A stretch of DNA of 64,000 nt from an uncultured Nitrospiraceae bacterium (lineage in GTDB: Bacteria; Nitrospirota; Thermodesulfovibrionia; Thermodesulfovibrionales; Dissulfurispiraceae). This document shows positions 9,436-18,889 of the stretch, one piece after another. Positions within the stretch are counted from its first letter, which is position 1, and every line of letters begins with the position of its first letter. The DNA lies in NCBI GenBank assembly GCA_963727805.1, contig CAVSHF010000005.1, positions 416,001 to 480,000 on the forward strand, given 5' to 3'. The position numbers were made by a program, and so were the translations under genes. The notes under the pieces were generated by a model. That model had not been told where the DNA came from. It saw nothing but the letters and a program-made list of their open reading frames with translations, and ran no database searches.

Positions 9436-9930
9436 TTAATCTCTGGAGCGGCCACTAATCATACTGCGATTTTCCAAAATCAACTTCTCCGTCTTATCCT
9501 TGATCCCCATCAACTCTTTCCTAAGAACAGCCCTTTCCCGATTAGTAAGAGTATCAGCCATTTTTTCCTGAACGCGGATTATATCCGACAAAAGTTGCAG
9601 CATATCATTCATCGACATGTAGGTCAGTATATCTTTCAAAGTTAATTCCTGGCCGTGATCCATCGTATGGCCCATAGAACCCATGGAACACATAGAGCAC
9701 ATGGTTCCCATTGACATCATGGGGCACAGCATTGGCGAAGTTTGCTGACCCTGTGGAACCACTTGAGCAACGGACTTAGCATCTCCTGGTTGTTCCTGCT
9801 CCGGACCGGGAACAACACTTTTAGCCGAGGTTTGTTGTATGGAATCAGCAGCAACGGCGAGTCCGCTTAAGGCTAATAGCAAACAAATTGACAATATAAA
9901 TATCAGCATCCCGAATAAATTCTTTTTCAT
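9436..9930 (-). CDS. Exported Met/Cys/His-rich hypothetical protein
   Basis: Signal peptide MKKNLFGML..., segment PMLCPMMSMGTMCSMCSMGSMGHTMDH, GGAG RBS. Confidence 0.7.
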   Translation of the reverse strand: MKKNLFGMLIFILSICLLLALSGLAVAADSIQQTSAKSVVPGPEQEQPGDAKSVAQVVPQGQQTSPMLCPMMSMGTMCSMCSMGSMGHTMDHGQELTLKDILTYMSMNDMLQLLSDIIRVQEKMADTLTNRERAVLRKELMGIKDKTEKLILENRSMISGRSRD

Positions 9931-10028
9931 AACGTTCTCCTTAGGATTGAAGGATTGCCATTTCTTACTGGATAAACTATATCCCAAGCATGATATGGTG
10001 TCAACGTGAAATTTGTTTTTGTCATTTT

Positions 10029-11030
10029 TTAATAACCCTCAAGTTTGAAATGCGAAAATATAATCTGATACGTCGAGATGCCTGCAAAAACGGCATAAGA
10101 GATTAAAGATACCAGAGCAAGCCTGCGAACAATAGACGGGATGATTACTGCCAGGCTAAGCCTATTCTTGAAAGGCAAGAGAGCGCCCACACCAAGGCCA
10201 GATAGCGACCCACTTAACAGTAAGGCATAGAGAAGATAGCCTATATATCCATATTCCTTCTGCAGGATGCAGAAGGGACAATGATGAGTTGGTAGTTCAT
10301 AAAAATAGAGGGAGATGAAAGATATGAGCGCTTCTAGAGCGATGAAAAAAAAGAGAATGCTCAAAAGAGAAAACAGGTACCCGCCTTTTAAGGTTCTGTA
10401 AAAGTAGATACCACACATGAGAACCAGCGCCATAGCAGAATAAAAGACAATCTTCATCGGAATGCTTGGGATTGCAGCAAGGCTTGAGGCCATACCTGGT
10501 GCTTCGGTGCTGAATAGACTTCCGCAGCATGAGGTAATAACGTTTGGATGCAACCCCTGAAAATACAGTAATTGCAGTATCGTTTCGGCGACAATGAATG
10601 GGGTAATTAACATAAGCAGAGAGTATTTTGTCTTTATCAGGGGATAATCGTATGCCTTGTTGTCGGTATAGTTCATTATGAGCCAACTGCCGGCTAAGAG
10701 AAAATTGACAACCTTCAGAATCAGAGTCGGATACCCGTAGGGATTCACATTAAGAGTACCAACGGCGCACATCGCCCCGACAAAAAATACGCATAAGTCA
10801 TTGGCAGTATAAATAAACAGGAAAAAGGAAAGCAGCTGGAAGCCGAAGGCATAGGCGACGATTGTCGATATCAGGTAAGTCTTCCTCTCCAGTGCCAGCT
10901 GGAGTTCGCTGCCGCTTTTTACGTCCCAGTTTCTGATAATATTGATTGCATAAGAAGCTGAATAAAGCAGCATCAGGCTGATCAGGGAAGAGCCTAGAAG
11001 GAGCGCTAATACAGGTGGATAAAGTATCAC
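10029..11030 (-). CDS. Polytopic membrane protein with Cys/His motifs
   Basis: Many TM segments; GAMCAVG, TSCCG and HHCPFC; overlaps the stop of the ABC ATPase gene. Confidence 0.8.
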   Translation of the reverse strand: MILYPPVLALLLGSSLISLMLLYSASYAINIIRNWDVKSGSELQLALERKTYLISTIVAYAFGFQLLSFFLFIYTANDLCVFFVGAMCAVGTLNVNPYGYPTLILKVVNFLLAGSWLIMNYTDNKAYDYPLIKTKYSLLMLITPFIVAETILQLLYFQGLHPNVITSCCGSLFSTEAPGMASSLAAIPSIPMKIVFYSAMALVLMCGIYFYRTLKGGYLFSLLSILFFFIALEALISFISLYFYELPTHHCPFCILQKEYGYIGYLLYALLLSGSLSGLGVGALLPFKNRLSLAVIIPSIVRRLALVSLISYAVFAGISTYQIIFSHFKLEGY

Positions 11031-11719
11031 AAAATCTCCCCAACGTCCACAACCGCCCCATCTCTCATCTCTACAATAGTGTCAATATATTCAGATGCAT
11101 AAACAATGGGGTCATGGCTGGCTATAATGACAGTTCGGCCTTCTGTTTTGAGTCTTTGAATGATATCCATAAACTCATTGGAAAGCTTCGTGTCGAGGTG
11201 AGCGGTTGGCTCGTCGGCAATGACTACAGAAGGATTGTTGATCAAAGCCCGAGCGATGGCCACACGTTGGGCCTCCCCACCCGAAAGCCATTCTATTTTG
11301 GACTGTGCCTTATGACCCATATTGAAAATTTCAAGAATTGCCATTGCCCTTTGCACCATCCTAGAGTGTTTCTCCCCTTCCGGAAAGGCCGGCAGCATGA
11401 CATTTTCAAGTGCCGTTATGCCCCTGATTAGATTGAATTGCTGAAAGATAAACCCGAAGGATTTCCGTCTTATTTCTGTCAGGAACCTCTCTGGAAGGCT
11501 CGTAATCTCCCTGTCGTGTAGCATAATCCTGCCCGATGTAGGCCTGGCCATGCAGCCGATCATGCTTAAAAGAGTCGTCTTGCCTGAACCGCTAGGGCCT
11601 CTGAGCACTGTGCTGCTGTTGATGGAGATGTTCAGGCTCACACCGTGCAGGGCTGTAAATTCATTGGGCCGGTTCATATTGAACACCTTCCTGACATCGA
11701 AAAGTTCAATCATGATCAA
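11027..11719 (-). CDS. ABC transporter ATP-binding protein (LolD/MacB-like)
   Basis: GPSGSGKT, LSGGE, IADEPT, SHD. Confidence 0.93.
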   Translation of the reverse strand: MIMIELFDVRKVFNMNRPNEFTALHGVSLNISINSSTVLRGPSGSGKTTLLSMIGCMARPTSGRIMLHDREITSLPERFLTEIRRKSFGFIFQQFNLIRGITALENVMLPAFPEGEKHSRMVQRAMAILEIFNMGHKAQSKIEWLSGGEAQRVAIARALINNPSVVIADEPTAHLDTKLSNEFMDIIQRLKTEGRTVIIASHDPIVYASEYIDTIVEMRDGAVVDVGEIL

Positions 11720-12849
11720 GTCCTCATAACGGCATCGGGATCAATCGTAGCGGCCCTCCATGACGGAATGATTGTCGCCACGGTATACGGCACAACAGTA
11801 ATAAAAAAGACTGTGAAAATTTGATATGCATCTATGTAAGGGGTCAGCCTAAAATCAGGATACAGTACCGACCATCCCATCAGAAACGGCTCAAAGATAA
11901 ATGAAGAGACCAGGAAAACATGCGCATACGCCAATAGAATCCCAAGCAAAAATGAAGAGAGGGATATCACTGTGCCCTCCCAGAACTTCAGCAGAATGAC
12001 GTCGGATGTTTCCCATCCTATTGCTTTTAGGATGCCAATCTCCTTCTTTTCCTCCGCGCTCAATCCCGAAGCCTTGTCCCATGCGAAATTGATAAAAGAA
12101 AGGACAACGGTAAAAAGAATTATTATCATCGTCCCTCCACGCCAATTGAAGACCGCATTATATGTCCTCAGTATCTCGTCCCGGAGGATCGGCCTTGTGT
12201 CAGGCAGCAGCTGGCTTATCTTAAGGGCTATGGTGTTGAGTTCGCGGGGGTTCCGCACTCTGAGTGTAAGATCGGTTACAAGGGGCTTCTGTATGCCGAA
12301 GAGTTCACGGAAATCGTTCTCTGACATAAGAATCAGATCAGCTGAAACTAAAGCGGATTCCGAGGAAAGGGTTCTTTGCACCTGCAACAACAATGTGTCA
12401 CCTGTGTATGACTTGAATGCAAAAAAGTCACCATTGTAGATCTTGCGGTTCTTTGAAATGCCATCTCCTATTATTATCGATCCGTCAGAAGGCTGATCAT
12501 CCTGGGGGACCATCAATGTGTAATTAGCACCAACAACCGGATCGTAATAGTAGCCCCATAGACGTCCGCCTACCGACCCGATGCCCCTAATATCTCTTAT
12601 CTTTTGCAGATAATCGGCTGGTATAAGATCCTGCCTGCCTGCCGTAAGTTTCTGCACAACCATTTCGGGTGTGCCTTTCAGAACAAGCGCCGCCTCCTTG
12701 CGGATCGAATGTGTAAAAAACATCACCGATGCAAAAAGAAAGACCACGAGTGTGTAAACGATTACCAGGGCCGTATTCTTCCATTTTCTCCTGAAAAGTG
12801 AAGATAGTGTGAAATCGAGGATGTTTCTTTGCGCCTCAATTTGTCTCAT
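11716..12849 (-). CDS. ABC transporter permease (FtsX/LolE-like)
   Basis: KKEIGILKAIGW motif, TM pattern, C-terminal PSWRAATIDP. Confidence 0.88.
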   Translation of the reverse strand: MRQIEAQRNILDFTLSSLFRRKWKNTALVIVYTLVVFLFASVMFFTHSIRKEAALVLKGTPEMVVQKLTAGRQDLIPADYLQKIRDIRGIGSVGGRLWGYYYDPVVGANYTLMVPQDDQPSDGSIIIGDGISKNRKIYNGDFFAFKSYTGDTLLLQVQRTLSSESALVSADLILMSENDFRELFGIQKPLVTDLTLRVRNPRELNTIALKISQLLPDTRPILRDEILRTYNAVFNWRGGTMIIILFTVVLSFINFAWDKASGLSAEEKKEIGILKAIGWETSDVILLKFWEGTVISLSSFLLGILLAYAHVFLVSSFIFEPFLMGWSVLYPDFRLTPYIDAYQIFTVFFITVVPYTVATIIPSWRAATIDPDAVMRT

Positions 12850-13144
12850 GTTTCTTTAAGTGGGGCGGAGGGGGCATTATTGAACCCGATGGGAAATGAT
12901 CAAATGCCATCGGGGCATCCTGAAAAGCACTATGCATATCAGCCATCGCAGGATTCCTGGTATACCGCGCATCAGTGAATAGACAGAGATCCGTCAGTTC
13001 AAGCTTTCTCACTAGCTCCCCACTTTCCAATAGATGTTTTTTTGCTCGCTCGCGCGCATAAGAAGCATGATTAAGCATGAGGAAGACCAGGATTAAGCAG
13101 GATGCAACAAAAATAAGGTAGACGTTAGACTTTCGCATGAACAC
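12836..13144 (-). CDS. Hypothetical membrane-anchored protein
   Basis: Translationally coupled within the operon; LTDLCLFTDARYTR..DHFPSGS. Confidence 0.7.
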   Translation of the reverse strand: MFMRKSNVYLIFVASCLILVFLMLNHASYARERAKKHLLESGELVRKLELTDLCLFTDARYTRNPAMADMHSAFQDAPMAFDHFPSGSIMPPPPHLKKHETN

Positions 13145-13620
13145 TAATCCATCTCCTTAAGCATGACTGATATGACTTCGTTGAATCTCACTAATGCCTT
13201 GCCGTTATGGTCCTTCATAAACTCCTTTGCATCGACCTCTTTTGCAAAAGGTATGAGTTCCCTGCCCATCGGGCCTGTGACGTCGCTACCGATCACGAAG
13301 TATGCCTTAAGCCCATCCACCGGTGAAAGGGTGTAATAATCGTTTACGTATACTGAGCTTATATCAGCCGTTGTTTTTGAGGGATTATATACCTTCAAGT
13401 TTAGATAATATTTGAACATGTCTTTCGGACCGTCGAACATCGCGTATGAGCCATCCTTGAAGATGATCTGTGCGAGGAAGTCGGTATATTTCGATACGAA
13501 CATACCACAGACCGGACACTTGTCCTTCCCGGTAGGCTTGATAGGCTTTTCTGATGCAGCAATCGGTGATACGGTAATAACAATGAGGCATACCACTGAA
13601 ATCATGTATCTAAAAAACAC
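13144..13620 (-). CDS. nosL: NosL-family metal (copper) chaperone
   Basis: CPVCGM, FDGPKDM, GPMG, AKEFMKDHNG. Confidence 0.88.
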   Translation of the reverse strand: MFFRYMISVVCLIVITVSPIAASEKPIKPTGKDKCPVCGMFVSKYTDFLAQIIFKDGSYAMFDGPKDMFKYYLNLKVYNPSKTTADISSVYVNDYYTLSPVDGLKAYFVIGSDVTGPMGRELIPFAKEVDAKEFMKDHNGKALVRFNEVISVMLKEMD

Positions 13621-13631
13621 AGTTGTCTCCT

Positions 13632-14198
13632 TTACTTCTTGTTTCCCGGCTCTTTTTCTTTCAGCTGTTCAAGAACAATTTTTTCAAACGTCGACTTGTC
13701 TATTTCACCTAGAATCTTTCGCCTTATGATACCGTTCCTATCGAGAAAAAATGTTGCAGGAATTCCGGCTATCCCGTATCGCTTTGTCACCTCATTGCCG
13801 GCGTCAATAAGCACTGGATATGAGATATTGTATCCCTTTGCAAACTTTTCTACAGCGCTCTTGCCCTGCCCGATGTTAACGGCAAGAATTAGAAAATCGC
13901 TACCTGCATACTTCTTGTAGACTTGATCGATTTCTGGCATTTCGGCCACACAGGACTGGCACCAATCTGCCCAAAATCGTATTGCGACAATCTTGCCCTT
14001 CACGTCTTCAGGTGCTCTTATCGTCTTTCCTGTTATGTCGGTGAGTTCAAAAACCGGCGCGGGTTGACCTTCCCGTGTAATGACCTCCTTGTCAGAACAT
14101 CCGCAAAGCAGAAAAACCGTAGAGACAATAATCAAGACAAGTGATAGAACAAAAGTGCATTTTTTTAAACAGCCTTTTACATTGAACTTTGTGTTCAT
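13632..14198 (-). CDS. TlpA/ResA-family lipoprotein
   Basis: RFWADWCQSC, GIP, lipobox-like LCGC; start uncertain. Confidence 0.87.
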   Translation of the reverse strand: MNTKFNVKGCLKKCTFVLSLVLIIVSTVFLLCGCSDKEVITREGQPAPVFELTDITGKTIRAPEDVKGKIVAIRFWADWCQSCVAEMPEIDQVYKKYAGSDFLILAVNIGQGKSAVEKFAKGYNISYPVLIDAGNEVTKRYGIAGIPATFFLDRNGIIRRKILGEIDKSTFEKIVLEQLKEKEPGNKK

Positions 14199-14205
14199 AA
14201 TTATT

Positions 14206-14567
14206 TTAACCAATGACTGATAATGCATTCGGAACAGTAGCTATCCCAACTTTTTTCCAATGGCGACACTCTTCCGATACTAACTGGGGAATGCGCCTTG
14301 CCTTATCCTTTAACTCATTCCATATCTGTTTTATGTTTCTCGCTGTGCCGACAGGGGGAAACTCAGTTCTGACCGATTTTACCCCACTGGTTAGAAATGC
14401 TGTGAGCCCTTTATTGGTTTTTATGACTCCTGAAACTGGCTCAACTGTCTGCCATCGAAATTTATAGAGTTTTTGAGCTTCCATAGTTTTCATTGCTTTC
14501 GTCGTTGGATTCCGTTTGTTTTCACAAGGAAACATATTTAGGTGCTTCCCCCTCTTCTGCTTTTGGT
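14206..14567 (-). pseudogene. C-terminal remnant of an IS1182-family transposase
   Basis: LYKFRWQTVEPVSGVIKTNKGL..GVKSVRTEF aligns by eye with IYKLRQQIVEPVIGDIKENKGL..GINSVRSEF of 5845-7431. Confidence 0.8.
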
Positions 14568-14599
14568 GCAGCCATTCATCACACGGGATGAATGGCTGC
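14568..14599 (-). terminator. 13-bp perfect hairpin after the NosL-barrel gene
   Basis: GCAGCCATTCATC-6 nt-GATGAATGGCTGC. Confidence 0.6.
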
Positions 14600-14614
14600 G
14601 TCTTAAAAACATCT

Positions 14615-16093
14615 CTAAAACATTACCTGAAAGCAGGCATTAAGAACCCATTTAGTTTTCAACTGAATGCCGTTAAGGTCCTGATAAAGCGGGATACCGC
14701 CTTCAACTCCGAAACTGAAGGGACCCTTTTGATAACTCACCCCGAGTAGTCCATCGAGTCGCTGACCACCATAGTTGCTTGGGTCAGCATCTGGCATCGG
14801 CGCCCCTGTCATAGGATTGAGTATCTCCTGGATCGCGGAATCCTGTCCTTTGATCCGTCCAGTATCGTTATAGGCCAGACGCAACGAGGGGGTGATGGGG
14901 CCTAAAGCACGCTGGATCCAACTGGTCACTTTGAAGTTGTCCCCATAGCTCCAACCGTCACCGTTTTTTGCAGTATGCCAGGTGTACTGTGCTTGCGCGC
15001 CCCAGTTCCATTTAGCGTCTTCGCTGAGCCCGTTGTAAGTAAGCGCAGGCTTAAGGTCGTATGTGCCCGAACCGAGTTGCATGTCATAGGGGGCGCGAAA
15101 TTCCATGCCCATCATGTCTACTGTCTGCTTGATGCTGCCGGTCGGCAGGCTGAGACCGAGGCTGCCCACAAGATAATTGTTAATCTTGTACATTCCTCTC
15201 AGCTCGGTGTCACCAAAACCGCTCGTGGACATAGGGGGGCTGGAAAATGTGCCCATCATCGGGCCCATGTCCATTGTCATCTTCATCTTGTTGGACAGAT
15301 AACTCGTCATTGCCATCACAGTCACCCGGTCGGTGATCCCATACATTGCCATCACCATCTGCATATCCATCGTCATGCTCGTGGGGATCATCATATAGTT
15401 ATAGGGCTGGCCCCTCATCCAACCGACACTGTTATTACCTGCGTTATTTGTCCCGGCGCGCAACCCCATCATGTCCATATGCATGAATGAGTAGTTAACC
15501 ATCCACATGCCAGCCGGGTGGACATGGTATATGTGATCACTGAAAGCCGGATTGAATAACATTTGGGATCCCGGCTCCATGACCATATGGCTCATGTCAT
15601 GACCCCCGTGCCCCCCAGCCCTCGCGATCTCTTCCTCAGCTGCCTGCAGCGCCTCGTCGAAGGTGCTCACTCTGCCGCCGTTTTCTTTCATGAACGCCTG
15701 GGCTTCCTGCTGGTCAGCAAAGGCCCATTCCGGTAAATTGGTCATAACACCCGTTTTGATGCCACCAATGACCCAAATTGCGGTCTTTGCATCTATCAGC
15801 TTTTTAGTTTCATAATCAGCAACCATTATAGACTTGACCTGCTTATCTTTGTTTTCTTTCATCTCCTCGGCTGCACAGTGGAGACTGCAGAGCCCCACGG
15901 TGGTCCCATCGGCATAGACAATAAGCATCCGGCTCCGGTCATAAACGTTCCGGTCCATCCCACATACCTTGCAGGTCTTGGGACTCTCTATGGCATCCGC
16001 TTCGTTGCCGGCAAATGAGGTACGCACCGAGAATAACAGAATAAGAATAGATAGAATCGCAAAAGAGGTTGTGAACTTGCCTGGTGATTTCAT
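14615..16093 (-). CDS. NosL domain fused to a Met-rich outer-membrane beta-barrel transporter
   Basis: Signal peptide; CKVCGM and CSLHC; GGHGGHDMSHM linker; GFGD, LSLPTG, MQLGSG; terminal F. Confidence 0.8.
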   Translation of the reverse strand: MKSPGKFTTSFAILSILILLFSVRTSFAGNEADAIESPKTCKVCGMDRNVYDRSRMLIVYADGTTVGLCSLHCAAEEMKENKDKQVKSIMVADYETKKLIDAKTAIWVIGGIKTGVMTNLPEWAFADQQEAQAFMKENGGRVSTFDEALQAAEEEIARAGGHGGHDMSHMVMEPGSQMLFNPAFSDHIYHVHPAGMWMVNYSFMHMDMMGLRAGTNNAGNNSVGWMRGQPYNYMMIPTSMTMDMQMVMAMYGITDRVTVMAMTSYLSNKMKMTMDMGPMMGTFSSPPMSTSGFGDTELRGMYKINNYLVGSLGLSLPTGSIKQTVDMMGMEFRAPYDMQLGSGTYDLKPALTYNGLSEDAKWNWGAQAQYTWHTAKNGDGWSYGDNFKVTSWIQRALGPITPSLRLAYNDTGRIKGQDSAIQEILNPMTGAPMPDADPSNYGGQRLDGLLGVSYQKGPFSFGVEGGIPLYQDLNGIQLKTKWVLNACFQVMF

Positions 16094-16263
16094 CGTTCAA
16101 ATTTCTCCCTTTTAAATCAGGCTTAAAGCCTTTATTATTTCGGTTCTTATTATTAACTTAGGTAGATTTTGCTGCAATTATCACCCGCCATGGAACCATC
16201 TGATTGCACACGACATACTTCAACCACACGCGTCTTAGGCAGTTTCTACGAACAATTGCGAAG

Positions 16264-16590
16264 TTAACTTGCAGGTTCTGGGGGAGGGTACTCTTGAAAT
16301 ACTATCAATAAAGGGCTGGGGATTAAACTCAATATTGTATTAAATCCTACAGAATGTAATGGACCAAACGGATCAGCACCTTCGATGACAAAGTCTGTGT
16401 CGATTACCTTCTGAATTCCTGCCGTTGGACCGTGGCAGACATCAAGCGTAACAATGAATGGTCCTGAAAAACTTGTTGGGGTGGATAGATTGACGTCTGA
16501 CACTATTGAAAGGATGAGCCCGATTACGCTTATAACCGAGAAAAGTTTCTCGACGTTTGCAATGCTCAAGAAGCCTCGCAATATCTTCAT
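16264..16590 (-). CDS. Small membrane-anchored protein upstream of the NosL-barrel gene
   Basis: One TM segment, TLDVCH, Pro-rich C-terminus EYPPPEPAS. Confidence 0.6.
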   Translation of the reverse strand: MKILRGFLSIANVEKLFSVISVIGLILSIVSDVNLSTPTSFSGPFIVTLDVCHGPTAGIQKVIDTDFVIEGADPFGPLHSVGFNTILSLIPSPLLIVFQEYPPPEPAS

Positions 16591-16763
16591 TTGAATGATA
16601 TCATAGCACCACGTTAACAAAGAAAGTCAAGAATGGAATTGATTTTGTCTCTTAGCGTGATAGGAAAAATGATTGGAATCAGACAAATATGTATTTTCCC
16701 CGAAGACTACCCAATATACTGTCAATTTATAAGGTTGTCTGCCCACGTTGCTTCCTAAGTATC

Positions 16764-17222
16764 TCAGACCGGCTCTTGTAACTTCAAGATGGGAATATAA
16801 TATTTGCCATCTCTGAGCGTTCCAGGGATTCTAATCGGAGAACATGTTCCGATTCCATTCTTTACTTCCGAAACGCTATATTCGGTACCGCATTCCTTGC
16901 AAGTAAAATGACCGTGGCTAAAGGTATACCCAAGATTGGATTTGCAGCTTACACATTCATCGAGAAAAGAAAGGACTTCGTTATCGATTTTTATGACAAA
17001 AAAGTTGATGTTCTTGTTTCCGGAATTATATGTAAAAAATCGGGGGGCATCAGGTTTGAGGCTTAGAACATCTATGGTCACTTCATCACCTGACACTGTT
17101 GCTTTAGGATAAGTCGTATGCTTAGAGCAAGCCGTCAGGAGTATAATGCACAGCAACGCGAGATAGAACCCCCTTTTATCAAATCCCCACTTTGGAGAAT
17201 TCTTTCCGTCGTATGCTTGCAT
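16764..17222 (-). CDS. Putative Fe-S/metal-binding lipoprotein (DUF2318-like)
   Basis: Lipobox LTAC; DECVSC, CKECG, GTCSPI. Confidence 0.75.
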   Translation of the reverse strand: MQAYDGKNSPKWGFDKRGFYLALLCIILLTACSKHTTYPKATVSGDEVTIDVLSLKPDAPRFFTYNSGNKNINFFVIKIDNEVLSFLDECVSCKSNLGYTFSHGHFTCKECGTEYSVSEVKNGIGTCSPIRIPGTLRDGKYYIPILKLQEPV

Positions 17223-17731
17223 GCTGTATCACCTCAACTCATCCGGTTCTAGAACTGTGAGCATATCTACTCAATTAACCGCGTATTATTATATCTTCTT
17301 TGTCTCCGATTGCACTAGAAATAGTTCTTTGACTTGCATGTTTCATCGGAATCAGTTCACCAAATTATATATGGATTCATTGGCAGATTCTAGTTCGAAT
17401 AAATTTATATATGATACAATTGGAATCAAGCTCTCACGGTATACCAAATTGTCTATCTTTTTCGTTATCGCATCGCCTGGTGTGTCCTAATCTGAGCCAC
17501 TAACTCTCATCACCGAAAAGTCACTTTGTGGCGGCGTTTCTTAGGTCAAACGACCCATGATGAGTACGGGATAAAACACACAAACCATCTTTAATACATT
17601 TTTTCGGAAACAAACACTTTCGCCGAAATGGCCGCACTGGAGGTTATCAGGAGCACCAATTGTTTTTGGAAAAGAGCGCCGGTATTGACTTCGGGACGAA
17701 AGCTTGTGTAACGAGCCGTATCTCTGTGGTA

Positions 17732-17836
17732 ATGACTTCGACATGTATCCGAGCTCGCCAATTTATTGACTATGGTGTCAGATTTTTTTGGAAATAAATG
17801 GTGGCTCTCGTAGCAGATGATGAAGGGTACGTGCAG
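17732..17836 (+). repeat. 105-bp direct repeat, copy 1
   Basis: Matches 21930-22034 with 2 mismatches seen. Confidence 0.9.
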
Positions 17837-18022
17837 TAGGACTAAACCGCTGCGCGGTGGATTCGATTAGCAAGGGCCTATCAGTAGTAGTACCATCTTT
17901 TTCGAATAGCCACTTTTGCCTGATCACATTTCTTTGTTGAACCATCGAAGTCTTTTTACAATCTCTCTTTGCTGTGCTGCCGGCATGAGCTGGCAGAAAA
18001 CAGTTTCAAAGGAGATTGTATT

Positions 18023-18868
18023 ATGAGCGCGTTGAAAGAACGGTTGCTGCAGGATCTTCAGTTGAAGGGCATTACGCTTGGTGTCCAAAGGAAATATCTC
18101 CGGGAAGTCGGTAACCTTGAGAATTATTTCGGCAAGTCTCCTGAAGAACTGAGTACAGAGGAAGTGAAGCAGTATCTGGTTCATCTTATGGAAGAAAGGG
18201 GTTTAACGAGGGGGACATACAGAACCTATGTGGCCGGGATCAAGTTCCTTTATAATACGACCCTGAATCGTGCGGATGTAGTCAATAATATTCAATATCC
18301 GAAAGCCCAGAAGAAGCTGCCTCTCGTTTTGGATTTGTCCGAAGTCCAGGCGATTTTCTCAGTCACTGAAAACATCAAGCACAAGGCGCTTCTGATGATC
18401 ACCTATTCTGCCGGGTTGAGAATAAGTGAAGCTGCGCGACTGAAGGTGACAGATATCGACAGCAAGAGTATGCTGGTTTATGTCCGTCTTGGAAAAGGGG
18501 CAAAGGACCGTTACTCCATCTTATCGCAGACTGCCCTTGAGTGCTTAAGACAGTATTGGAGGGAATATCGCCCGGAGGAGTGGTTATTTGAAGGCGAGAA
18601 GGACAACACCCATATCACTATAAGCTCCATCTACCAGATATTCCAAAAATCCAAGAAACGCGCCGGCATCGCAAAGAATGCTTGCGTGCATACTCTGAGG
18701 CATAGTTTTGCGACACACCTTATCGAGGCGGGGACTAGTCTTCATCATGTCCAACTGCTTCTTGGGCACAGGTCACCGACGACCACGACCGTTTATCTTC
18801 ATGTCAGCAAGATGAATCTGGCAAAAGTTGTCAGTCCGCTGGACATAGCAACTAAAAAATATCTGTAG
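18023..18868 (+). CDS. Tyrosine recombinase/integrase
   Basis: Same translation as 2661-3506. Confidence 0.92.
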   Translation: MSALKERLLQDLQLKGITLGVQRKYLREVGNLENYFGKSPEELSTEEVKQYLVHLMEERGLTRGTYRTYVAGIKFLYNTTLNRADVVNNIQYPKAQKKLPLVLDLSEVQAIFSVTENIKHKALLMITYSAGLRISEAARLKVTDIDSKSMLVYVRLGKGAKDRYSILSQTALECLRQYWREYRPEEWLFEGEKDNTHITISSIYQIFQKSKKRAGIAKNACVHTLRHSFATHLIEAGTSLHHVQLLLGHRSPTTTTVYLHVSKMNLAKVVSPLDIATKKYL

Positions 18869-18889
18869 CACTCTGAGCCGTAAATCCAG

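Noticed and set aside
17799..17825. TGGTGGCTCTCGTAG read as a reverse-strand tRNA CCA end (also in the repeat copy near 21997)
   Set aside because: No TTCRA T-loop or T-stem at the expected spacing
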